Positions 38,858 to 51,300 of a DNA stretch of 64,000 bases are shown piece after piece. This stretch comes from Camelus ferus. Its lineage: Eukaryota. How positions within the stretch are numbered: position 1 is the first letter of the stretch; each line of letters opens with the position of its first letter. The notes beneath the pieces were generated by a model. That model did not search any database. It was given only the letters and a program-made list of their open reading frames with translations, and had not been told where the DNA came from. The stretch lies in the NCBI RefSeq assembly GCF_009834535.1, contig NC_045696.1, positions 77,254,001 through 77,318,000 on the forward strand, read 5' to 3'. A program made the translations under genes and the position numbers.

Positions 38858-40242
38858 CTGGGAATAAACTGTTAGGTTTACAGCAAGATTGAGTGGAAAT
38901 TTGAGTGCCCATGTATTTCCTGTCCCCCAAAGTGCACAACGTCCCCTACTATCAATATTCCACACTGAATGGGAACACTTGTTACAATCAGTGAACCTAC
39001 ATGAGATTAAATCTCTTTTGAGGAGGAAAGATTGGCTGCTTTTTAGCATTTATCTTTATATCTTGCTATTTCTTCTTGTCTGAAAACAATGAGAAAAGCC
39101 AGATGGCCATTTATCAACAAAACATTTTAGAAAGTGCAATATTTAGAAGTTGAACCAGTGGTCAAGCAAATGTGTTTTTTTCTGTCTCAAGGCCTGCGTA
39201 TATGAGGCCACTGTAACAAACATTGCCACCATTCCCATAAGTGCAGCTAGGACAATAAGAAAGGACATTGAACCCTTCAAGAACTTTTACATACTAATCA
39301 GACTTTAAATGTGAGCCCAGAAGGAAATGGCCATCATGATACTATTTCCAAGATAACTTGTTACTTTTCCTCATCCCACTGGAAAGTTTAATTTCTTTAA
39401 TGCTAGTCATCCCTGTAGCCTTGAGAAATCCCATCTTCCCATTGACAGAGCATCTTGTCTTTAAAGTTGGAACAAGGAAGGAGCCCTGAGTTTATCTTAG
39501 AGGTTAGTGTACACCAATAGTATTTCCATGAGGTAGAACTGTTATAACTAGACAATTGGAGTAAATATTCTGTTAAGAAAACATATATGTGCCAATAAAT
39601 TAAAGTTTTAGAGCTTGAATTTACCTCCGTTTGTGATTTTATTGGATCATTCAATTACAGTTCATAGTTTTAGCCCAACACAGGCTGATTATATGAACAA
39701 CTTACTGCTATAATTTAAATATAGCAGGACACTGCAGATCACTACTGGAAACAGAAATACTCATGTTATGTTTTAATTTTGCCATCAGCTTAATAAAAGA
39801 TAGAATGAAAATTATGTTAAAATATATTTAAAATATTGTATTTAATAGCATTTTGGAAATAGGGCATTTAGTTTAAATATTGATGTTTTTAAAATTTGAA
39901 CGATATTTGAACTTATACTTGAAAATAAGTTGTCGTGGCTTGCTGAGTTAAATGATTTATGTATGTGTGTGTGTGTATATATGTATATAAATATAAATGT
40001 TAGCTGTAATTCACCACACCATAACCTTGGTTATAACGATGTGGAATATAATATAGATGAGGCTCTATAGTAGTGGTTCATGTTTCTAGGAATACATGCT
40101 ACTATGAATACTCACAGAAAAATAATATAATCACAGTAAAATTTTTAGGTAGATGTTAGCCATATCCAGTCCCTAGACTACAGTAATTGAAACATTGTGA
40201 TAATTTTAATATATAAATTCTGAAATATTAAAATCTAATATG

Positions 40243-40356
40243 CTTTTTAAAAATCACAGTATAGTCAGTTACAATGTGTCAATTTCTGGCATGGATAGCA
40301 TAATGTCCCAGTCATACATATACATATGTATATTTGTTTTCATACGTTTTTTATTA
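40243..40356 (-). mobile_element. Very short L1 3'-end fragment, lineage-specific type
   Basis: gtatagtcagttacaatgtgtcaatttctgg...cagtcatacatataca resembles the reverse complement of the young L1 3' UTR at about 56590-56660. Confidence 0.65.
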
Positions 40357-42981
40357 ACAACTCATTAGAGTGTCTAATTGCCAACTAAAAAATGGATATT
40401 CAGAAGCATAAAGTAGTAACAGGTTGAGAAAATATTTATGACTTGAAAAAAGAAAATTGAATATTGCCTTATCTCTCAACGCCAAGTGCACATTGTAATA
40501 TTAACACATGGATGGGTGCCTTCAGAGGCCAATTGATAAAGACTCTCTGGGAACTGGGGCTCCGCACTGATACTTCATTATACCCCTACTAGTGACTGGT
40601 GTGCATCCAGGCTTGGCAGCCTTAGCCTTAGGGAAACACATCGTACGCTTTCACCACTATTTTGAATGAAATAGGAAAGATTTCCTTGTTGAGGTTTTTT
40701 TATTTTTTTCCTTGCTAAAGAAATGGAATTGACGTCAGTTGCAAATGAGCTAATTTCAGAGATGGCCCCTCCACTCACTAGCCACAGAATTTAAGTTGTC
40801 AATTTTTCTGTGCCTCCCATTTTTGATCTTTGAAATGGGGAGATTTTCTTAGGTGAAGTATAAAATCTTTTCAGCTCTGCATTTCTTGTTTTTTAAGCCT
40901 TCAAAGGAAGAAGCTACTCTGTAACTCCGTAATCTCGAACTGGTTAACCTGTGTATTCAGTTTCCTCATCAGTAAACTATTTGTGGTGGCATTATTAAAT
41001 AATTTTCTGTAGTAAACTTGTCTTCTAATATATTTTGTTATATTAAAAATAGAAATAGCAAACTAAAGTAAAAACTAGAAAATTCAGATCAAAATCATTT
41101 GTTTTCCAAAAAAAATACTAAAAATAAAACTTTTATTTCTTTTAAAATATCTTTTAAACATTGAGTTTTCTCAATTTTTTGTCACATATGTGAAGCCTAA
41201 TTATAAAGAGTAGGCTAGGGATGGATTTCACTATAGAAATTTATTCCTGTATAATGAAGCATGGTGTATCAAAATTAAAAATTCAGTTTTGATCTGGCCA
41301 TTAATACAAAAAAAAAATCTATGTCGAAAAACCTCGAATAGACCTTCAAAAATATATTCATAAAATCATTTGTTTTAACAAATATCTGTGTTGGCCTTCT
41401 GAGGATGGAGAAAAGAATATGGTAATCAAGTACCACTTTCCAAGCAATGTAGGGCCCAGAAAATTGCATATATGTTTAGATGACTCCAACAGAGATATTA
41501 ACAACATGATTTAGGATGACCGTGGATGTAATAATGACAGCCTATGTGAATTCGAAAAGATAAAAGACAAGTAATTTAGCAGGGGAAAAGGGAAAACAGA
41601 CATTGAAGGCAGAGGAAGCAGTGGTCTAAGAAATGAAGATTTCAGTGGATCTAAGCAAGCCTGCTAGGTTTAAAGAAATCAGTTTGCAGGGTTACTTGTG
41701 CTTGTGTAAAAGGAAAGAGACTGCCTTTCTCAACTATCTAATACTGCTTTATTTTTTTCTTCTGGATATTGAGACAAAGCATGCTTCTTCTCTTTTGCCT
41801 CTTTTTCTACCTAAATAAAAAACTTGATGGTAACGTCCCAAGTGGCAGAAGCAACAAATGTTCTGATTTTTTTCCAGCATGTATTAGTTTTGCCCATTTT
41901 GGAACTTTCAAATAAGTGAAATCATACAATTTTTTTTGTATTTGTTTTGTTTTGTTCAGTATGATGTTCCTGAGATGCATCCATGTAGGATGGAGTCTGT
42001 TCCCTTTATTGCTGCGTAGTATTCCATGAATCAGTGTGTATGAATATGTCAGTGTTATTTTTCTTAATCCATTTTCCTATTGATGGGCACATAGATCATT
42101 TTCATATTTGGACTACTATGAATGAATTTCTGAACACTTGAATACATGTAATTTTTTTCAAATGATTTAATTTCTTTGGGAAAATACCAATGAGTGAAAT
42201 TGCTGGGTCATTAGGTAAAATTGTGTTTAATTTTATAAGAAACTACCAGACATTTGCCAAATGGGTGCATCAGTTTAGATTCTTGTCAGTAGCATAGGAG
42301 ATCCCTGATTGCTGCATGTACATGAGAACATGTGCTGTACATGTTGATGAGTTTTCACAGATGTATATAATTATGGAACCATCATTCATCAAAGTCCCTT
42401 TGTGTGAATTTTTTATGTCTCTAACTTTCTCACTACTTTTCTTAATGATATTTCTGATGAGCAGAAATTTTTATTTTGAATCTAATTTATTTTTATTTGA
42501 TGGTTATTGCTTTGCATTCCAAGAAATATTTGCTTATCCTCAGTTTATGAATACATTCCCCATTTTTTTCTAGAGGTTTTCTGGCTTTAATTTTTATGGT
42601 TAGATCAATTATCCAGGTGAAGTTAATTTTTGTGTAATGCATGAGGTCCAGACTCACTTTTTTCCCTCATGTGGATATCAAATTGTTCCGGCACCTTTTT
42701 CAAAAAGACTTTTTTTTCCCCGTTGGGTTGCTTTGGAACTTTTGTCAGCAGTCTAACCATACATATATGGGTCTATTAATAGGCTCCAATCTCTTCCACT
42801 GATATTTTATCTGTCACACTGTTCTTAATCACAAATCTAGAAAGTGTTGAATTTAGTTACTCTAAATATCTAAAACTATTACTGTTTTTTCAGTATCATT
42901 TGAGACATTCTGGATTCTTTGTATCTTTATATATAAAGTGGATTTCTTACAGAGAGCATGTAATAGGTTTTGCTTTATTAT

Positions 42982-43043
42982 ACAGCTTGACAGTCTCTTT
43001 TTGTTAGTATTAACAGCTTGACAGTCTGTTTTTGTTAGTATTT
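42982..43043. repeat. 31-bp tandem duplication
   Basis: acagcttgacagtctctttttgttagtatta / acagcttgacagtctgtttttgttagtattt. Confidence 0.9.
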
Positions 43044-43047
43044 AGAC

Positions 43048-43535
43048 CAGTGATGTTTAAAAAGGATGTGTTGAAATTATATTAGACACATTTAAAAACA
43101 TAAAATGGAACAGGTGAAATTCATAATTATATAGTTAACCAAATATATCTGAAATATCAATTCAGCAGGTAATCTATATACAGTTAATAAGATTTTATAT
43201 TCCTTTTTCATGCCAAATTTTTGAAATCCAAATATATGAAATTTGAAATTCCATATTTCACATTTACAGAATATTTCAATTTGAACATGCAGTTTTCACT
43301 GAGAATACTTTATCCTTATTTAGATTTCATAAAATTTACAGTTGAAAATATAAACTCACCCACGTGGTTCCAAACAACTTAAAATTATTGCAGTAACTGA
43401 ATCAAATTTCAATCTTTCTATTTCAACTTAAATTAATTTAAATTAAATTAAAAATTCACTACCTCAATCCTACTGGCTACATTTCAAGTGCTAGATAGTC
43501 ACAGTAGCTAGTAGCTTCCTCACTGAAAGTCTCAG
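43048..43535. mobile_element. hAT-Charlie relic, MER33/Charlie5-like
   Basis: aacaggtgaaatt...aaccaaatatatc...ggctacatttcaagtgctagatagtcacagtagctagtagct. Confidence 0.75.
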
Positions 43536-44989
43536 TCATTCAAATTTAGTGTAATTTTCCATATGGTTGAATTTAAATCTACAGTCTTGTTATTTTCCAT
43601 CTGTCCCCTCTTTTCTTTCTTTTTTGTCTTTTTTGTCTTTTTTTTCCCTATCTTCTGATTTACTTATTCTTTAATATTTTATTTTATTTTCATCATTGGC
43701 TTAATTGCTATGCTTCCTTGTTTTACCTTTTAAAGGCTAGTCTATGGTGTAAAAAACTTTAAATTATTAAAGTTTATATTCAGATAATTTCCATGCTCCT
43801 TTATGTACAGTTGCACATTATGCAGTATAATAACAACGGTATGCTTCTTATCTTTCGTGCTATTCATGTTATGTATTTCACTTCTATAAATGTTATAAAC
43901 TCTATAATACATTGTTATTATTTTGTTTTAAACATTTAGTTATTTTTCAAAGAAATGTTTAAAAGGGTGAGAAAACTATTGTATATTTCCTCACATAATT
44001 ACCACGTATGGAAGTCTTCATTCCTTTGTGCAAATCCAAGTTGCCATCTGGTAGCATTTTCCTTCAGCCTGAAGAGGTTTTAGCATATCTTGTAATAGAG
44101 GTCTGACGGTGATTAGTGCTCTGTTTCTGTTTGTCTGAAAAGGTCTTAGTTCACCTTCATTTGTGAAAGCTAGTTTTGCTGGGCATAGACTTTTTTCCAG
44201 CTTGCAAAATTTCTGATGAGAAGCCTGGAATCATTCTTATCTTTGTTCTTATATGCATAATGTGCTTTTTTGGTCTGGATGCTTTTACAGTATTTTTGTG
44301 ACTCTTTTTTTATGCAGTTTGATTATAGTATAATCTGGTTTGATTTGGTTTTCTTTTTGTTTATCCTGTTTGTCATTTTACGCTCTAATTAGATTCTTAG
44401 TTCATGATTTTCATCAGCGTTAAAAAAAATTTTAGTCATTGTTTTTCCAAGTATTTTTTCTCATCTCTTTCAGGAAATGTAAATACTCATATATTTGACC
44501 ACTTGATACTATTCCATTGAGTTTATTTTTTTCTCAAGTTGTTTTTTTTTTTTTTAATTTCTCTTTGCTTCAGTTTAAAACTGCATGCAGTGCCAGCCTC
44601 CTGAATTCTGATCTCTTGCTCCTTAACTCAGGGACACCCTTCCTCCTTTTAGCATTCCATTCCCTGCCTGGTCAACCTTGCTGACAGTTACTTCAGGTGG
44701 AAAGCTTTGGGAAACCATTGGCTCCATCATTATATTTCCCCAACTCTCAGAGGTTATGGTCCTGTGCTGAATGTTGTCCAGTGTCTGAAACGTTTGCTTC
44801 ATGTATTTGTCCTATTTTCTAGCGTTTATAGCATGAGGATACATCTAGTCCCTGTTAACCAGATCAGAAGTGAAAACCTACTTTAGGTTACACGGTTTTG
44901 ATTAAACTCTGGCTTTGGTTTTTAAATCACATTAAATGCTCTTTAAGAAAAACAGGATAAAGATAATTGTAAAAATTATTTAGTGGGTG

Positions 44990-45934
44990 TGTGATAGAAT
45001 AGAAAAGAACATATTTTGGTCTCTGCCCCCAGTTCCTGGCACAGAGCTTCTAAAACCCTTGTAATTTCCTAAGAGATACAGGACTAGGGATCACTTCTGT
45101 CCTAATGTTTGGTCTTTGACCCCTGTTTCTCACATAGAGTTCCTAAGTCCCTTTAAAATTTCCTTGGTGATAGCAGTGTCTTTTGTTCTACTGTGTCTCT
45201 GGGTGGGCTTCTAGATGGAAGATGGTCACCAGAAAGACCACACCATGATTAAAAGCCTAGAATTTTGAGCCCTCTCCCCAACCCCCATTCACTAGAGAGG
45301 GCAGAGGAGCTGAAAATGGAGTTAATAATCAATCATGTCTACTTGATGAAGTCTTCATACAAATACCAATAGTATGGGGTTTGAAGAGCTTCCAGGTTGG
45401 TGAACACATCTATGTACCACATGGGTGATGCACCTAACTGCACTGGGGCAGAAGTTACTGCACTTAGAACTCTCCCAGAACTTGCCCTATGTATCTCTTT
45501 ATCTGGCTATTCATCTGTATTCTTTATCATATCTACCATTATATAATAAGCTGGTAAACGTAAGTAAGTGTTGCCCTAAGTTCCATGAGCTGTTCTAGCA
45601 AATAATCAAATTCAAAAGGGAGGAGGTCCTAGAAACCTCTGAATTGTAGCCCAGTCAGACAGAAGTTATGGGTCAGCTGGGGATCTACTACTTGTGATTG
45701 GCTGCTGAAGTGAGGGAAGTCTTGTGGGATGGAGCCCTTAACCTGTGAGATCGGACACTGTCTCCCTGGAGATAGTGTCAGGATTGAGTTGCAGTTGAAG
45801 ACACCCAGCTGGTATCACCCAGAATTGCTTGGCGTAGGAAAAACCCTCACACGTCTAGTGTCAGAGAAGTTGTGAGTGTGGAAGTAGTGTGAGAGTAAAG
45901 GACACACAGGAAGGCTGAGTTTTTCCTACTCACA
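44990..45934 (+). mobile_element. MER21-family (ERVL) solo LTR, about full length
   Basis: TGTGAT...CACA termini; internal 5' repeat (45017-45070 vs 45110-45165); gagcttccaggttggtgaacacatc, ctggtaaacgtaagtaagtgttgccctaagttc and gacacccagctggtatc. Confidence 0.85.
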
Positions 45935-46861
45935 GTCATACTGTCCCTATGTGTTTATAACTCACACATGACTAAATGTAAACTTAAATTAAGGCTTCTC
46001 AGATGAAAAAAGTCTTAAACATCATAAAAGGGAACGGGAAGATTCTTGAGTTGACAACTACAATTTACACTGCTGGGTAGCATCTGAAATAAACATAAGG
46101 AACTCTTTCATAAGGCATATCATGGATGAATACTAAAAAAAATGAGATGAAAATATAAAATGGGAAATTTCTTCAACCATCTAAAGGCAGGCCAAGGAAG
46201 CTGACTAAGCTGCAAAAGAATAGTTTTAATCTAACAAATTCAAGTAGAATAAATGTTAATAATAATAATGATGATGAAATTGATAATACCTATATTTGCA
46301 TATTGTTTATAAATTACAAAAAGTTTTATTTTATTTTATTTTATTCAAACAATAATCTATGAGGAAGGCAAAACAAAATTATTTTCAATTTCAGGTTTAA
46401 ATTTTTGGTAATTAATGTCAGTGGCATTAGCATGCAGGAAAAAAAACCTAAACCTAGTTAGAGACAGACCTGTATTTAAATGTATGCTATGGCAGTTTCT
46501 ATGTAAGCATCAATTTCACAATCTGAAAAAAACTGAAATGAAAAGTTATAAAGGAGGGAGTTTTGATCTAACTATTTTAACTCAACATGTTGACGGAGTC
46601 CAAGTTATAATTTATTATGGATGAAAAGCTACATGACAAAATGCATCTTGTTGGTATTAACAGAAACCTGAAAAAATTTATCTGGGTAAAATTAGATTTC
46701 ATAGAACAAATAAACCCAAAACAATACAGGAATTTAAAATGCAGAGTGTAATGAAAGTTTATCAGAAAATTCAGTTGTCCTAAAAAAATTAGATCAGCAA
46801 AATTTTACCTGAGAAAAAATAGACTTGAGAGAAATAGTAACCAGAGTAAACTTACAATTTA

Positions 46862-46933
46862 AAATTTTAATGGAAGAACTGGGACCTTGTGCATTCTAAG
46901 CATGCGCTCCACCACTGAGCTATACCCACTCCC
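46862..46933 (-). mobile_element. Truncated camelid-type SINE with the B box deleted
   Basis: Minus strand gggagtgggtatagctcagtggtggagcgcatgcttagaatgcacaaggtcccagttcttcc lacks the tgggttcaatcc segment present in the 10324 copy. Confidence 0.75.
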
Positions 46934-47494
46934 TAATAATTGATTTAATATACCATTGTTTACTCTGAAAATCTTTTTCTCAATAAAAGGTCATCAATAG
47001 TATAACTGTCACTTCATTTTTTTTTCTATTTATGAACATGAAGACAAACATAACATTTCTGCTTCATCACAGTAGGTCAAAATATTTTGTACTCTAAAAG
47101 CTATATGGGGTTATTATGAGTAAATTATATAATATACATAAAGTATATTATGTGTACTTCATACCACAGTGCCTGGCATAGGAAGCACAAAATAAATGTG
47201 CAGTTTACACTCAAGTATCTAGTGCCCATTTGACTCCACCATTTCCATTCTGTCTGTGAACATATTGATTAACTTGTTCATGCTTTCCCCACAATAAAAT
47301 GGAAACAATTTTAACAGAGACTTTGTAAAGATCAAAGTAGATAGTGCATATATATTATTTAGTATCATTTGACATTTTATTATTGCTGCTATTATTACAT
47401 TATTGCTGGAGAGAGCACAACTTTACAATGATCTTGATCACAATTAACTACCCTTGAGTCAGTCAGATCCTGGGAATTCTGACTAAAATATTTG

Positions 47495-49555
47495 TACATT
47501 TTTGCACCAATATGATACTGTGTTAATTACTATAGCTTTACTGTGATCCTATTATTTGATAGAACAAATCTAATTTTGTTCTTCTCTTGGAATCTCTTCC
47601 CTATTCTAGGTTATTTGTATTTACCATAGAAATGTTATGAATCGGCTTGATAAGCTACAAACACACAAAGTCTCAGAGTTTTTAGATTTGGATCGCAGAC
47701 TCTTTAGATCAATTTAGGAGAAACTGGTATCTTTAAAATATTAATTTTTCTAAACCATAAGCCTAGTATATTCAGGTGTTCTTAATTTTATTTCCATAAA
47801 AATTTCTGATTTTCTGTTAAGGAGTCATGTATACCTTTTGTTAGGTTCATTCTAAGATATTTAATATTTTATGCTACAGTAAGTGGTATCATTTAAAAGA
47901 TGTTTTCTTTTCATTGATATTATAAAATGAAAGAATTGATTATATAGTATCTTTGTATCAGGTAAATTTGCTAATTCTTTCATTTTAATAGTTTATAGGT
48001 AGATTCCTTTGCATTTTCTACATGCATAATCATCTCATCTGTAAAAAGTTAGGATTTTGTTTCTTTCTAGTTCTTAAATGTATTATTCATTTTTCTTGGC
48101 TTAGTGAACTGATTAGGACATCCAGGAAACTATTGAATAGAAATGGAAGCAGCAAATATCATTGTCTTATGCCCAGTCTCAGAGAGTAAATTTTCACTAT
48201 TTTACCAGGGTATGGTATTTGCTGTGAATTTTTGGGAGCTATCCTTATCAGATTAAGGTAATTCCTATCTTTTCCTAGATTGCTAATATCAAACAATACT
48301 TCTCACCATCGTATTTCTCACCATCACATGATTTGTCTTCTTCTATTGAAGTGGCAAGCTAAAATAATTGATATTCTAATGTTAACCTAATCTTGCATGG
48401 GACAAATTAATCTTTGTCTAGAATGTTAAGTTTGTTATGGATTTTGCTTACTAATATTTTGTTTAGAATTTTTACATCTACGTTCATTAATGAAACTGGG
48501 TTGTAGGTTTTCTTTTTTGTAGTATCCTTGCCAAGTTTTGATATCAAAGTTGTGTTAGCCACATTAACTGAGTTTGAAAATTCTATCATTTTCTAGTATA
48601 CCTAACTTTTATGTAAAATTGGCATTACTTCTCTAATTTTTTGGTAGAATTTGCCAGTGAGGCCATGTGGACCTGGAGTTTTCTTTATAGGAAGGTTTTA
48701 AATTATGAGTTTAATTTCTTTAAGCCAGTAGACTGGTTTTACCAGTTGTTCCTTGTATACTTTTGAAATATGATGTTTTTCTGAAAAGTTACTCATTTCT
48801 TCTAAATATTAAAAATTATAATTTTTCATAATAATTTATTATCTTGTCAATACCTATTAGATAGTAAGATCTCTAATTATACCCTACTTTTTCATTTAGT
48901 TTATAGGCTATTTAAATATACCTTCAACTACTCTTCCCCTCCTTTTAAAATTCATTTCTGCCAGAAGTTTAGTATTTGTTTTTAGCCTCTCAAAGAACTA
49001 AATTTCAATGTATTGATCATCTCTATTAGATTTTTTTCAATTTATCATTCTCAGATTTTTTTCTTTATTATATCTCTCCTTTTACCTCTTGAAGTTGACT
49101 TTACTGTTCTTAGTTCTTGAGGCAGATGCTTAGTTCTTCACAGTAAGCAGCCTCCCTTATTTCCTACAAAATGCCTTTAAGTCTATAAAATTTCCTCTAT
49201 TTACTATTTCATCTATATCCTCAGGTTTTTATATAAAATTTTTTCATTATCACTCAGTTCAAAACATTTTCTAATCTCTATTGTTATATCTTCTTCAAGG
49301 TTTAAATAATTATTTGGGAAATATCAGAGCTTATCTAGTTGTCATTTGTCACAGTTACTCAGTTAAATTGCATTTTTGTCAAAAAAAATTCTATATTTTA
49401 TCAATCCTTTGCAAATTGTAGAGTTTTTCTTTTTAAATGGATGAAAATATTGTAAATTTTGTGACCATCACTTTCTTGCTTAACAGGAAGGTGTGTCCTT
49501 AACTTGCTGTGTGCCATGATTCTCTATAAATTTGTTTGTTCAATGTTGTTAGTTG
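47495..49555 (-). mobile_element. Ancient L1 ORF2 (L1M-type)
   Basis: ORF 48407-48589 translates TLISKLGKDTTKKKTYNPVSLMNVDVKILNKIL, the L1 RT motif TLIPKPGKD...YRPISLMNIDAKILNKIL. Confidence 0.88.
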
Positions 49556-49559
49556 TGTA

Positions 49560-49835
49560 TGTTAACATAAAAACATATTTTTAGGAAAAATGATTGTACT
49601 TTTCCAAAACAAAAGGAGTGAAAAATGTAGCATCATTTTCCACTTTTATAAAACTCTTTGAAGTCTTGTGTCTCTTTCTGCTATCAGTCTGTTGCAATAT
49701 GTTGTTTTAGTTAAAGTGTATGAAGAAAGTCTGGCCTCAGGCAGATATGCAGTTAGAAAGCAGAGGAAGTCGTGGCTCCACTGAAAAGGTCTTAAAACTA
49801 CCAGGGGTGGTCAGACCACATTTTGAGAACCCCTG
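49560..49835. mobile_element. hAT Charlie1-family fragment
   Basis: tctgttgcaatatgttgttttagttaaagtgtatgaagaaagtctggcctc...agaccacattttgagaacccctg terminus. Confidence 0.7.
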
Positions 49836-49839
49836 ACCT

Positions 49840-51300
49840 AGTTCCATTCTTTTGTTAGATACTGCAAAGTAGTGATTTTCTAATTCTATCATTTCTTTAG
49901 TATTGAGTCCTTTGTATCTTCTTTTAAAGTCTGATTTTTTCATTTTGTATTGTCCACATCTATTTCAACAGTAGTATTTACTATCGTGTCTAGCCACTCT
50001 TGTGTTTCTTCTAATTTAGTCCTTTTTGATTATTATTTTTTCCTAATTATTTCCTGAACTCTTTTGCTCACTCTCATGTTCTCCTCATTTCTCACTTTTT
50101 TCCAGTTCTGATTTATTTTATTCTACCATAGAATCCACCATAGATTTTTCCCATAATCTCTATTTATCGTCTCATAGAAATATTATTCTCTCTGCACTGT
50201 GGCACATTTTTCTGGTATGTCTCCATTATCTGTAGGTGTATTTTTCTCATTTTCTTGTATTCCTACAGTTTCTTAGTATGGCTTTAAATGCAGCCCTTTT
50301 CTTCTTCGTGTCTAAGTAAGGTGCGTTTTCTCATACTTTTACAAGTTTGAGCCAGAAAAGCATTCTTAGTTATAGCTCCAGGATTCCCTCTCTGGGGTGT
50401 GATGTGCTGCTCAGATCCTCGACCATGAAAATATTTTGCTGCAGTCGCTGGGGTGCTGGCACGAGGAAGCCTTCAGCTGTCACACTCTTCAGGGACTGGC
50501 TTAGCTATGGAGGACCACGTTGCCCACCTCAGAATAATTCTGAAGGGCTGTCGGGCCCCAGAGCTCCCAGTGTGGTTGGTCAAGGCTGTAGTTGTGCTGG
50601 CCTTGCCGCATGACCGCTCTCAGTGCTAACTCTCACATCCTTCCCTTCCCCGCCCCCTTGCACAGGTATCGATTCCGAAGTCTCTCCTTAATAAGCAGCC
50701 AGCGTGCTAAACCCATCTGGAGATACTGCGTCCATGCTGTGCCATCTAAGTATTGAAAAGCTGGTCCCTCAGTCTTATCTCCGGAGTTTCTTATACTTGC
50801 CTTCTCTCATTCTCTCCTCAACTAACATCAGAACCTTTCCTTCTTTTTACTCTGAATTTGTTCCATTCTTTCCTGAATCTGTGTCTTATTTCCAGGTGTT
50901 TCAGCTCAGTGTGGCTCACTGTCTTTTCACTGAGTATTTTAGTAGCTGTCAAGTCCCAGCTCAAGCTTCATGCTCAGTCCTTCCCAGAGACCCCATGAAC
51001 TCACCTCAGGTTTGCGTGTTGTTGTCAGATCCACTGGCTGAGTTCTTTACTCCGAGGGAGGCCATCTTATTCGCAGTGGGGAGCACGTCCTGGCTGTGTT
51101 CCCCAGCTCTTAGGACCGCTAGAATCCCCTTCTCTGGTCTCCATTTTCTCGCACACGGCTACTGTGCTGCTGGTTTGCCCCAACATCCTCACATTCTTGG
51201 ATTCACAGAGCTGCATATTCACCTAGTCTTATTGAAAATCTTATTTTCAGCTTCTTGTTCTGCTATCCTGGTTTCTTCTTCTTCTTTTTTTTTTTTTTGA
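49840..51300 (-). mobile_element. Probable degenerate 5' region of an ancient L1/HAL1
   Basis: Follows old antisense L1 sequence; pyrimidine-rich then GC-richer, as in old L1 5' UTRs; family not firmly recognised. Confidence 0.4.

Larger units (their letters stand above)
41870..44880 (-). mobile_element. Ancient L1 fragments (L1M-type), interrupted by a DNA transposon
   Basis: tccattttcctattgatgggcac, gaaattgctgggtcattagg and ttctgatgagaagcctggaatcattcttatctttg. Confidence 0.8.

Noticed and set aside
14991..45934. Two same-orientation MER21-like LTRs as the ends of one provirus
   Set aside because: They are 30 kb apart and structurally different, with no gag/pol/env between them; independent solo LTRs.
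50704..51300. Longest ORF in the window (198 aa)
   Set aside because: Non-ATG start, Ser/Leu/Phe-rich with no recognisable motif; reflects pyrimidine-rich old repeat sequence.
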